From contig NC_043003.1 in the NCBI RefSeq assembly GCF_006345805.1, positions 79,980,001 to 80,044,000 of the forward strand: 64,000 bases of DNA, given 5' to 3'. Below are positions 36,682 to 49,070 of this stretch, one piece after another; the stretch's first letter is position 1, and each line of letters opens with the position of its first letter. The stretch comes from Octopus sinensis (lineage: Eukaryota). The notes beneath the pieces were generated by a model, which saw only the letters and a program-made list of their open reading frames with translations, did no database searches and had not been told where the DNA came from. Made by a program: the position numbers and the translations under genes.

Positions 36682-39600
36682 GTGAGTAACTGAGCAAGTT
36701 AAGAAACACAAGATTTAAAACTTCTCTCTTTTGAGAAAAGACACTTAGTAAAAAGGAAAGAATTTGGGACAGTCATAGAAGAGTTGAAACAGCATATCTT
36801 TTATATCCTTGCATTTGGGTAAATACTACAATGTAACAATGTTACAACACTACAAAAACCAAGTAGGTAACAAACATCTAACAATCTTATATCTCTTCTC
36901 ATCGACGTCTGCGACTGCCTTCACAAATGCGACTGCACACACCACACTGTAATTTGCACTGTCAGTACGCATGTACTTTTATAAGTTTTAGGATAGTTCA
37001 CTTGCTATCTGACAGGGGTGTCAGGATTTAACCGCAACATCTCTCCCTTTTGAGTTTGCCTTTCTTTGGAAATGAATATTTTTCTTTTATTTATTATATA
37101 TTTATTACAGCTTCTCCCCACTTTTTTACTTAATTCCCCGGGAAGAAATTGGAGTAATCTTTTCGTTTTGGCTCCATTTGCAAAAGTACTGTTTGTTTTC
37201 TTTTCCTACTCGATGTACTCGCTGGTTCAATTATTCCTTGAGTTACCTGGACGTCAAAAACGTCATAAAGAAACTCCATTGGTTCTTCATATCTTATTCT
37301 TTCTTCCATAAACCGTTTTTACAGTTGGTTTAAATGTATTTTGTGTTCCCTCGTATGACATTTTACGATGTACGTCATTCTTCCTAAACGTTTAGTTATT
37401 AACCATTCTTCTCAACTGAATATTTAAAGAAAAAACACCTTGCTACCGATTTTGAAGTATTTTATTCTATTTTCGGTGTTTCTCTCCATTTTTCTTTTCT
37501 TTCTGGCAGTAATTTGACAAACACTGACCTGACTTTCCTGGCGAACATTAGTTCAGCCGGCGACATTCCTGAAGTGTTGTTGGGGTTAGGTGTTATTCAG
37601 TAGACACTTAAGAATTGTATCAATGCAGTATCAGCTAGTAGTTCATTCTTAGATTTTTTCACGTACCCTCTTAATTGTGTCTACAAAACGTTCCGCTAGT
37701 CCATTCGATCTCGGATGGTATGATGGAGTAGTAATATGCTCCATTACATATATTTTGCAAAAGTTTTAATGTCCTTCGACGTGGACTGTTTTCCGTTATT
37801 AGATACGATAGTGTCTGGAACGCCACATCGCGTAAAAAGTTCGTCTAGAAATTCCATTGTTTCTCTGGATGTTCGCTTCCTGCATTTACATATTTCCGGC
37901 CATTTCGTGTAACTATTCACAATTATTACCCTCCATTTAACGGTCCTGCGAAGTCTATGTGTAATCTGGATCAAGGTATGTCAGTCCCGGGCCAAGGTCG
38001 TGCTGTTGCTGCCAGGACACAAACCCTGCATACTTTCACCAATTATTCAATATTCTGATGCATATTTGGCCAGTAAACATAGCTCTTCATCAGTGCTTTC
38101 ATTCTCGCAATTCCTAGATATCGCATGTGAAATTCTTTCAGCATACGATTTTGCAAAGAAACAGTTATTGCAACCCTCTGAGCGTGCATAAGTACGACAT
38201 CACATATCGAATACCATTTCGAAACTGTATTACGCTCGAAATCATGAGTTTTTGTATTTGTTTCTGAATTCCCTATGTTTTCCATTTTTATTATGAACAC
38301 ACCCTTCTCTGCTTTAATTCTTATTTCCTCTAAAGTGACATGTAGTTCGCGTACTACGTTGCAGAGTATATTTTTATTTCGATTTTACCTTTTAATGTTA
38401 CTATTACTGTCTCGTCTAACGGCTCATTGTATTTAGGTATCAATCTTGACAGCCCATTTGCATATCCCAGTTTTATTAATGGTAGAAATTCCCTCTTAGT
38501 GTCATAATTTAGCAAGATCGTCCCCCAGCGCTGTAATCGGTTGGCTGTATGTGCGGGGATATCTTTTTGCGATCCGTAAATTGACAACAATGGGCGGTGA
38601 TCTGTCTGAAGACTGACTGTCTGTCCCAGTATGAATTTGTAAAATTGTTTACACCTCCTTCTCAATTTGGCTTTAAATTTTTCAGCCGCCAAAAATGAAC
38701 GTGAAGCATGAACGATGGTTTTTAGGCTGCCAGTTTCATACTTGTGTAAAATTACCGCTCATCCACCACTTTCGCTAGCATCTGATACTACTATTTTAAA
38801 ACTGAGATCAAAGTGCGATCATGACAATTCTGTTGTTAAAACATTTTAAATTTCTTCGAACGCTTTTTGACACCTCTCCAACCAATACCATTTAACGTCT
38901 TTTTTTTTCATTAGGTTGTTTATGTGTGCTCTTACCTTATGCATATTCGGTATATATGTTTGATAATAGTTTTGAGCCGCAAGAACGCTTGTAACGTTGT
39001 AATATTTTTCGGGGGAGGTATATTTTTTTATTGCAATAGATCGTGAAGGATCTGGCCTGCGACCATTTTTATCGATAACTTGCCCAAGATATTTTATTTC
39101 TAACATGAAAAGTTCGCAATGTTCCTCGCTAAGTTTGAATCCATACTCCTTTATTCTGTCAAAGACCCTTTTAACATGTTCCTTATGCTGGCATCGAGAC
39201 TCACTTTTTATGAGTATCTCATCCAAGTAAGCAATGACGAAATCCGTATCCGCAAGCATATTGTCCATCACCTCTTGGAAAATACTAGGTGACATCTTTA
39301 TCTCAAAAAGAAGTCGATTGAATTTATATAAACATTTATTAGTGTTTATCGTTGATAACTTCGAACATTTCTCCTCGACTTGTAACTGTAAATACGCCTC
39401 CGACAAATCCAATTTTGAAAAAGGTTTCCTCCTTTGAGTTTCGCAAACATTTCCTCCGGACTTGGTAATGTGTAATTGTATGTCATCAAGCATTCGTTCA
39501 AGCCTGTTGCAAATCAGTGCATATTCGTATTTTACTATTTGTTCTTCTTTACATAAACAGCATCTGATGCCCATTCTGAATAATCAATTTTTTTATAACT

Positions 39601-42600
39601 CCAAGATTTTCAAGTCTATCCAATTTCTCGTTGACTTGATTCAACGCCATCAAAGGTACATCCCACATCAGTTTAAAATACCGGTACAGCGTTTTGTTTC
39701 ACGTGAAATTTTACTTTTTTATTGGTGCACCTACCGAACCCTACAGAAAAAACACCAGGAAAAATCTTTTTAATTTCCTTTTTTAAGTCCACCGACATCG
39801 TATTTGAATTGGCGTAAGAACTGTTTACATTATTACAAAAAATATTTATGGGGAGCTCCCATAAATTAAATAGTTCCATTCACTCTGTACCAAATATGTT
39901 TGTTGCATTTTTAATACAAAAACGTTGGCCTTCAAAGATTTCCCACGAAATGTCTCCTCACTTATCATTTCACCGCAAAATCGCAATTGTTTCCCTGAAA
40001 TACCACTCGCAATTTTCGAAGTTTCTTCAATATAGGCTTTCCTGTTATTCTCCATTTATCATCGTTAATTATCGTGATATCACTTCCTGTGTGTAGCTGT
40101 CGTCTCGTATTCACATTATTAATTTTTATGGAGACAAATTTTCTTTATTGCATCTCCTTTGCACATGTGTTGATAATACTTTTTTCATCGATTTTTTCGT
40201 TCGACTTTTTCGTTTCACGCAACAGTGTGAATTCTTACGTTCGATTAATACACAACCAAAACGTTTTAGATTTTTAAAAGGACAGTTTCTTTTAAAATGT
40301 ATTTCTCCACACCCATAACATGTCAGTTGTTTTTCTCTCTTCTTATTTCTTACAGGTCAATACGTATATATATTTGAATACGTATATATATTTGAATTAT
40401 CTTCTTCAATTTTTCTGCGTCCTGTCGTAAATCTATAATCCTCTGGCATTCTTCAGCCACTTCCTGTAGAGTTAGTTTCAAATCTTGTTCTAGTTTTATC
40501 AATATCCGAGCCCGTGTCTCTGCACCTTTGCTTGCAGTTAATCCTTGTATAGAGAGTAAACATTTAAACATGTCCGGGGTTAATTCGTTTGATTTAAATT
40601 TTTCCCATTCTCTGCTTACTATTCCGGCATATATAACGAAATCTTCAATGTTTTTTCAATTTTTTGCACTCCCAGCGAATATTGCACTCCCAGCGAATAG
40701 GGAACTTCTTTCACTGAATATTTTAGATGACAGGTTAATTGTTTTCTCGAATCAAATTTCGGATGGTTTTCTCGGCAATACTGTAATTGCGATAATTTTC
40801 ATGTTTTGCAGGGAATAATTTCCTTAAAAGATGTCGTAACTTCTTTTCGTCCGTCCGGTTTCTACATTCTTCTTTGAAGATTCCTTCATACCTTCTGCAG
40901 TATGCAGAACACGAAATATCTTCTTCTGGATTATAAGTAAATTCTTCAACTGAATTAGCAATCCTGTCTCCCGAAAACGAACATGAAGTGTTTTTGGACT
41001 GCAACAATAATTCCAACAACTGCTGATTTTGCTGTTGTATTTGTAGTTGCTGTTCTACCTGTTGTTGTTGTTTCTTTTGTACTTGTTGTTGCTGTTGCAG
41101 TTTCCGTTGCAACTGTTGCTGTTGTTGTTGTTGTTGTAGTTGCAATTGTATCACGGAAGCTAATACGTCTTCCATGTTAAGAACGTCCACAGTGAACTTC
41201 GAATGTCTCGTCGCCACTATTTAATCCTTGCGTCTGGATATAGACTACACTATAATAGTGTTATAACACGAGAAAGACTAAATCAGTAACAAATACTTAA
41301 CAAACTTATATCTCTTCTCAACGACCTCTACGACTGCCTACAGAAATGCAACTACACACCCTACACTGTACGTCGCTCTGTCAGTAAGCATGCACCTTTA
41401 TAAAATTTAGGACAGTTCCCTTGCTTTGCCGCAGGGGTGTCAAGATTTCACCACAGCAGTATCATTGCAGTAGCAGGTAGTCTTCCCAGGTATCAGAGAA
41501 GAATAGATCAGTATTAACAGAATAGATTACATGAAACTGACGCTAGGAGATTTTAAACCAAATAAATGGTGGAGAAGAAAGTCCCGAAGATCATATACCT
41601 AATGCAGAAGAAGCTAGAAAATTCTGGAATAATATTTGGAATAATATTTGGAATCACAATAGAGATGCAGAATGGTTATATAAAGTGAAGGAATAAGAAG
41701 TGAATGAGAAGCACCCAGGTCTAAGACTAGCTAGTGCATGAATGAGTAAAGTGTTAGGGAAAATGCCGAATTGCAAGGGCCCAAGACCGGATTTAGTTGA
41801 AGGGTACTGGTTAAAGAAATTCAATAATTTATATGGGAGGCTGAGAAAACAGCTTCAGGGTTACTTTAATGGAGGAATAATTCCACATTGGATGAATAGA
41901 GGGAGGACAATACTCATTACGAAAGAATAAAAACAAAAGTAACACAGCTAGCAATTATAGACCAATCACTTGCTTAGTGTGGAAGCTGTTAACAGGAATG
42001 CTTTCAGAAAGCTTTGAGAACCAGAATTTACGGCCAGAAGAACAGAAAGGTTACATGATGAAGGCTAGAGGAACGCATGATCTATTATACACAAGTAAAG
42101 CAGATCTAAATGAAGTAGAAGTTAGAAATAAAAATATCTAACAATACTATGGATAGATTACACAAAAGCCTATGACATGATCCTACACTCATATTAAGTG
42201 AATGTATGAGTATATTCAGTATAGCAGACAACATAAGAGAATTAATTAGCTTTAGCATGAAGAAATGGAAAATAGATATCTACTCAGGTGGTACAGTTTT
42301 AGGGAAGGTTATTATCAAGGGGGGAATTTTCCAAGGAGACTCGTTATCCCTTTTAATGTTTGTTTAATATTTGATCCCCCTCAGTTTAGTATTGAAGAAG
42401 GCAAAGGTAGATTATGAGTTTATAAATTGTAAGCGAAAAATTAGCCATTTCCTCTACAAGGATGATTTGAAGCTTTTTAGTAAGAATGAAAATGAGATAG
42501 AGTCCTCAATACAGACTACAGACTATTCAGCAAAAATATAGGCATGGAATTTGTCATGGATAAGTGTGCAATATTAGTCATGGAAAGGGGAAAAGTAGTC

Positions 42601-43920
42601 AACAGTGAAGGCATTCGATTACCAGATGGCCAGACATTAAAATCATTGAAAGTGTTATAAATATCTAGAAATATTAAAAACAGAGAGAGTATAACTATAG
42701 AAATGAAAACGAAAATTGAGGGGTTCATCAGCAGGGTGGGGAAACTAATTAAGTCAAAGCTAAATGGTCCGAATCAGTCGAAGGCTGCAAATACTTGGGC
42801 TGTATCATTACTTAGATACCTAGAAGCTTTTTTAGATTGGATAAAAAAGGAATTAGCAAAAATGGAAGAGGGCTAAGACCAGTAGAAGATTACCTGGAGT
42901 TAGGGAAAGTAGATATAGACTCCTATGTAGGTAATAGTAAAAACAAATATTAAGAGCTGCTAGAGTCACACCAAAATATAGGGAAACCAAAAGACCAAAC
43001 GAAGTTAAAAACCAGAGAACAGAACGAAAGTTATCTGACCGGAGGACAAGGACTTGCATGGTAGATTCCCAAAAGTAGTTACAACAAATAGTAGTAATGA
43101 GACATGGTAATAGTTGCAGAAAGGAAGGGTCAAAAGTGAAAGAAAACGTTTAATAGAAGCACAAGATCAAGCATTAAGGACAAACTGGATAAACACCAAG
43201 TACATTTCCAATGTAGGCTATGCAAATCAAGAGGAAGGCGTTACTCATATAGTAAGTGAATGTAGCATGCTGGCACAGAAAGAGTACAACAAAATACACG
43301 AAGAAAATTCTAACTGAAACCCAACTGCAATTGGGAACTCTCCCGAAAGATTTGTACTGATAGTCAGTGCTGTCCCTTCTGATCAAAATATTGTTAAAAG
43401 AGAAGTGGAGAAATTGTTTAAATACAAATACCTCGAAACTGAAGTATTCAAAATGTGGAGCATGATGGTAAAAACAATACCAATAATATGTGGAGCAGTG
43501 GGCATGATAGAAAATCATATGGATGGAAATATAGAAGCTCTACCTGGATCCTCAACACTATACACTGTCCAAAAAGTATCCCTGCCAGGAAAAGCCCACA
43601 TCCTACGTAAGATACTATCAATCCAATAATACAACCTAAACAAACTACATATACAAGACACACTCTAGACAGTATTTACCCAGTGAAATTAGCTCTCAAC
43701 CAGCAAGCCAGAAAACCAAAGGATTACACACACAACACAAAATACAAGAAGTAACATAAAAAAGACAGCACCACACCGCAAATAAAAAAAAAGCTAACAA
43801 TACAGTACGGGTAATGGTTCACACACTCCCAACAGCAGAAAAGAACACAATGCCGCCACGGCGATGTAGCTGGTAATGCAGTAGAAATTTGCCTCAATCT
43901 ACCAAATATTGACAGTTATA
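36682..43920 (+). mobile_element. R4/Dong-clade non-LTR retrotransposon (RT, CCHC, RLE), 5'-truncated, split by a nested Gypsy
   Basis: VIEELKQHI|IAVAG..RYQRRIDQY is continuous across the Gypsy; KMPNCKGPRPDLVEGYWLK, SNYRPITCL, GIFQGDSLSPL, YKDDLKL, IEAQDQALRTN..THIVSEC, KYKYLETEVFKMW..PIICGAVG; (TAA)n on both flanks. Confidence 0.9.
36799..41458 (-). mobile_element. Full-length decayed Gypsy (Mag/K02A2.6-like) LTR retrotransposon
   Basis: LTRs 36799-37039 and about 41218-41458 (29 mismatches in 149 aligned bases by hand); PBS TGGCGACGAG 41216-41207; PPT aaaagggagaga next to the 3' LTR; TSD atatc/gtatc; gag MEDVL..EEFTYNPE, RT FSKLDLSEAYLQL..AYLDEIL, RNaseH QTDHRPLLSIYG..ANRLQRW, IN VNSYTKWPE..PDTIVSNNG. 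Confidence 0.93.
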
Positions 43921-43921
43921 A

Positions 43922-43940
43922 AATAATAATAATGATGATG

Positions 43941-44004
<64 letters not shown>
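43922..44004. repeat. (TAA)n array
   Basis: Seen directly, between the Dong 3' end and the next element. Confidence 0.97.
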
Positions 44005-44005
<1 letters not shown>

Positions 44006-44006
<1 letters not shown>

Positions 44007-44564
44007 TGCCCTAATGCACTACCAGGCGGTGGTTCTAATGACTTCTGATCGTAACTGTTTGGTTAACATTGTTTTGTTTTGGTATAAAAGATGGGCTACA
44101 GCAAATATTATGCTCAATACCACAGATTTGCTTGCCAGTTGCTTGAATTTAACCAGATAACCATGTTCCTCGGGGGCTGACGTTATGTGCATCTCTGGTC
44201 ACCAGCAGAAGTAGCGGGGAACTTCATAGCCATGTGTTGAGAAGAATTCTTTGGGATTTAAATATTTCCCTTCTGGAAACATGGGTGATTTCATCATCCT
44301 TAAACAACACTTATTCAGGGACGCTTTGAGCGAGTTGGGCTACTCAACCTCATAGAAATTCTAACTGGGCCTCACCGGCAAGGTCATGCGCTGTTTACCT
44401 TGATATAAGATCATCATGTCGCGCACATGGTTTTGATGCATGTGCATATGGTTGTGACGAATATGCCTCGTGTACACTTATCAGACGGGTAATCATGATG
44501 GGTATATTGGCTTCGAAATCTTACCTCAGCGTCACTTTGGTGGATTACGTCGCTTCATCACTCA
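44006..44564 (+). mobile_element. About 560-bp non-coding repeat ending in ..cactc(AAT)n (probable non-autonomous element or 3'UTR of a TAA-associated LINE)
   Basis: Flanked by TAA tracts; its 3' roughly 240 bp is repeated, diverged, at 44651-44886. Confidence 0.65.
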
Positions 44565-44650
44565 ATAATAGTAATAATAATTAAAATAATAACAATAATA
44601 ATAAAATATAATAAACATAATGATAATAATAATATTACAATAATGAACAA

Positions 44651-44886
44651 TATTCAGGGGATCTTTTGCGCAGGAAGGGCTACTTGACCTGTAGAAAATT
44701 CTAACTGGACCTCCATCTGCAAGGTCATGCTGAATATCTTGATATGAGATCACCATGTCGAGCACATATGGTTGTGATGCATTTGCCTGGTGTGTCCTTG
44801 TCAGATGCGTAGTCATGATGGGTATAATGAGCTTCGTGTATTCTACTCCAGCGTCATTTTGATGTCATTCACTCCTCTCTTACTCA
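44651..44886 (+). mobile_element. 5'-truncated second copy of the 44006-44564 element
   Basis: attcagggg..gaaaattctaactgg..gcaaggtcatgc..cacatatggttgtgatgc..gtcatgatgggtata..actcagtaatgataat aligns to 44310-44564. Confidence 0.8.
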
Positions 44887-45126
44887 GTAATGATAATAAC
44901 ATGAATTTACTATATAAAGGCCTTTGACATCATACCGCATTCACGAATCTTGAAATTGCAGAATATCTTGAAAATTTCTTCCGTGATTTCACACTTTCTC
45001 ATGTACAACATAATCTCTAATTATACCACTGTAATGCGGGGCTGACCTCAAAATATATTAATTTCATGGAAAATCTGAGGAAGAGAAATAATCTTCTTAA
45101 GATTATAAATCTAGAAAAGTACAGGA

Positions 45127-45768
45127 CAAGTTATTACACTTGGAAAAATTCAAGTACAGAACAAGAAAAACTTTACTAACATATTGCAGTTAAGGATAAA
45201 ATTTCAAATAAAGTATTTAGATTTAAAAAATATTATTACTTCTATTTGTTACTACTTGCTACTTGTATTAAAAATGAAAAATACCTTATTTAAAATGTTT
45301 TTGACTTTTAAAAAATTCAATTTCTTAATTATTAATTAATAGAAATTTTAAAATAGGTTATAAAAATGATAGTAGTACATAATTAGTACAATAAATAGAC
45401 TAACACAAAAATTAGTTTATTACAGTAAAATCTACCTATAACAAAAAATTCGCAGTAAAATTTGCTTGAGTTGTTGCCAAGTCTTCACATTTTTAGTCTT
45501 GAATAATGCCTATTTTTTACATAATGAATTTACCTACCATATATACTATTCTACTTTGCATAAAACTTTAGCGATATTGTTACTTCTGGCTCTCATTTTT
45601 AAGTATTCTAGTGTGTCAATATTTTAACAATATAATGTTAACTTTCTAATTATAATATTACTTTGAAAATTGAAATCAAATAAATTTTAATATTCAAATT
45701 TTATTTTTAACTGCAATATTTTAAGTAAAAGTTTTCTTGTTCTGTACTTAACCAGATGTAATAACTTG
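45127..45768. repeat. AT-rich foldback element with about 100-bp imperfect terminal inverted repeats
   Basis: caagttattacacttgg..aagtacagaacaagaaaaactttactaacatattgcagttaa (45127-45225) versus the reverse complement at about 45672-45768. Confidence 0.75.
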
Positions 45769-45939
45769 AGTTCAATCATTTAAGATTAATTAAAATATAG
45801 TTTGCTTTTAAAATAAAAAAAAATTTAATTATACTTAAATCCAATTTTGGTTAAGAACTGGATTAGCGAAAAGCTCTGAAAGACGCTACGCGTGAGATAA
45901 TTGCGGCCTTAACAATATTATTCAACTACTACCGTAGTT

Positions 45940-47689
45940 GAATGGTATCAACTGCAGGATTTTCCTAGGTGAATCACTTTCACCTCTAAATTTTGCATAG
46001 CTCTAATACTCCTTACTAGTGAATTTAACAGAACAGGGTATGAATATAAAATCGATCACAAGACAATAAGACGTCTATTTTATATGGATGACTTAAAACT
46101 CTATGGCAAATACGATAATGAGCTTGAAGGACTACTACGTACTGTGAAAGCATTAAGTGAAGATATAGGGATAGAATTTGGTCTTGATAAATGTGCCAAG
46201 GCAACTTTCTAGAAAGGGAAATTGAAATTGAAGACCTCACATTCAGTGGTGTTATATGTCGAAACAGTTATAAAAGACCCTGAGCAGTAACAAATTTACA
46301 AGTACCTCAGAATAGATGAGGTTTCTGGTATTCTGCATGCAAGCATGAAAGATAAATTAGAGAGAAATGTTACAGGAGAGTTTGAGCAGTCCTGACAGCT
46401 GTGTTAAATGCGCGTAACAAGGTGTTAGCCATAAATTCCTTGGCAGTTTCAGTTGTTATTTATTGTTTCATTGCGTTGAACTTGAATATGAACGAAATAT
46501 AAAAAATGATAAGAAAATATATAAGCTGCTGACGTTCAATAAGATGCATTACTCAAAGGCAGATGCAGATTGTCTCTTTATCTTCCCAGAGTCAAAGGGT
46601 GTAAAGGCTTGATCCAATTCGAAATCTCTTACAAAATCACTACATACTGGCCAAATGTCTTGAAACATCTAACGACTGGTTGCTAAAGCTCGTTGAAAAC
46701 CACGAGAGACGTAAGAAGCTTCGTTCTGTCATGGAGAGCAAAACATTTGTTAGAAAGTTCATGCATAATACCCAGATTGAACAGCATGATGGAAGCGTGA
46801 CAACTGTTGTTGCAAAGAAGGTTAAATCAATGGCAAAGCAAAAAGCCTATAAACAATTGACTGACAGGTGGGAACAAAAACCTCTGCATGACAAATATGT
46901 CACCCGTAGCAATGAAGCTCATGTAGACGACAAGCACATCCCCGTGTGGCTACGGATCTCAGGATTAAAGGCAGAGAGCAAAGCCTTTAGCTTGGCTCAT
47001 TGACCGTAACTAGCAAATGTGATGAAAAATAGGGAAGACACAAAGTGCATATGCTGCAACGATGAATTAAATACAGTTGACCACTTAAACTCTGGGTGTA
47101 AATTTTAGCGCCTTATAGAGTATAAACAAGACATGACAGAGTTGTCCAATATTTACACTGGTTAATATGTCGGCATTATAACATCAAACCTGCTGACAAA
47201 TGGTACAAATACCAGCCTGAAGATGTAACTGAGGGAGAAAATGTTGCGATTCTTTGGGACTTTCTAGTACACACAGACCGAGCTGATTGACATCGAAAAA
47301 TGTGGCATCTGAACACGGTTACAATAGTAGTTATTGTAGGAGCACTGGGAATGATTAAACAAGGAACTGAAAGTTATTTGAGGATAATCCCTGGATTACC
47401 ATCCATGCAAAAAGTGCAAAGGATTGTTTTAACTGCTACGTCACACTTTTTGAAAAGCACATTGTCGCTATGAAATTTCTTTCCTCTTACCCCTTTATTT
47501 ATTTTCTTTTATTATATTTTTTCTTTCCTTTATTTTCTTTCTTTCTTACCTTTTTTCTATCACACGACTTTGTAATTGAACAATCTGGTGTATTTATTTT
47601 AATGGTCTATCAATGTGTACATTGAGTTTCTTTGCCCTAGGTCACGGGAAGAAACCCGGATAGAGATAGAAACAAAATTATAAGAAGAG

Positions 47690-47695
<6 letters not shown>
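45940..47695 (+). mobile_element. Second R4/Dong-clade LINE, 5'-truncated
   Basis: FYMDDLKLYG, IGIEFGLDKCAK, WEQKPLHDKY..WLRISGLKAESKAF, YKQRHDRV-like, ILWDF, IVGALGMIK; (TAA)n tail at 47695-47760. Confidence 0.88.
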
Positions 47696-47742
<47 letters not shown>

Positions 47743-47769
47743 TAATATTAATAATAATGGATGCTAATT

Positions 47770-49070
47770 TTGGCGCAGGGCCAGCAATTTTTTGAATCCA
47801 CTGGCTCTTATTTTATCAACCCAGAAAGGATGAAAGACAAAGTTGACATCGGCGGAATATAAACCAGAGCGTAAAGATCGACGAAATGCCGCTTATCATT
47901 TTGTCCGGCTGGCTAAACAATAACAACATCAATAAAACCAAAAGCATAACTGCATATGTCAACCTCATTTGGATATCTAGCGGAATACCCAAAAGATCAT
48001 AACAATAAAAAAAAAATAAAGTTGCAATAAAACAATGGAAGAGAGAGGAACCGAGAAGACAACAAGAGTTATGCCTTGTTTCTTGTTTATGATGATCAAA
48101 AACGGAGTGCTGCGAACTGTTCTTAGTTTTAGAACCTTCTTAATGTACAGTAGAAACTCACACAGAGATGTGAGCAACATGATGCCGATGGTGTAACTAC
48201 TACTACTACTACTATAAAGAATAATATTTTCTGATTTAGCCACAAGGCCAAAAATTTTGAGGGAATATCCTCGATTGCTGTAGTTGATTTGTATTTTATT
48301 TTATCGACTCGAGGAATGCGCATTAGCGGCAAATCTTGACCTCGGTGAAACTTGAATTCAGAACTCAAAGTGCCGTAACAAATGCTATAAGTTATTTTTC
48401 TGATTCTAATAATGATAAAATACTGGTTTCAAATTTTGGCACAAGGCCAGCAAGTCCGGGGAAGGAGGCTAATCTATTACATCAACTCCAGTATTCAACT
48501 GGTACATAGTCTATCGACTCCGAAAGTGAAGATGGACGAAATGCCCCTAAGCATTTGGCCCAGTGCGGTAACGATTCTGCCAGCCCACCGCCATAGACAA
48601 TTCTTTCTACTATAGGCACAAGGCTTGAAATTTTTGGGGAGGGGATAGCCGATTGCATCGATCCCCTCCCCACCAGTGCCCAACTGGTACTTTTGTCATC
48701 GATTCAAAGGATGAAAGACAAAGTCGACCTCGGCGGAATTTGAACTCAGAACGTAAGGACGGACAAAATGCCGCTAAGTATTTTGACCGGCGTGATAAAA
48801 CTTCTGGTAGCACGCCGCCTAATACCGCCTTAAATAATTATGATAATAATAATTCTTTCTACTATAGGCACAAAGCCTGAAATTAGGGTATGGGGATATC
48901 GGGTTACAATGACCTCAGGGCTCCAATGGTACTGCTTTCATCGACCTCAAAAGGATGAAAAGCAAAGTCGACCTCGGTGGAATTCGAACTCAGAACGTAA
49001 AGACGAACGAAATGCCCTTAACATTTTGGCCGACATGCTAATGATTCTGCCAGCTTGCCGTCTTATACTG
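47770..49070 (-). mobile_element. Cluster of five co-oriented family-A-related SINEs
   Basis: Copies at about 47770-47925, 48225-48400, 48420-48592, 48600-48820 and 48852-49060, each with ggcacaaggcc..gaaaggatgaaa..gtcgacctcgg..aactcagaac remnants. Confidence 0.85.
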
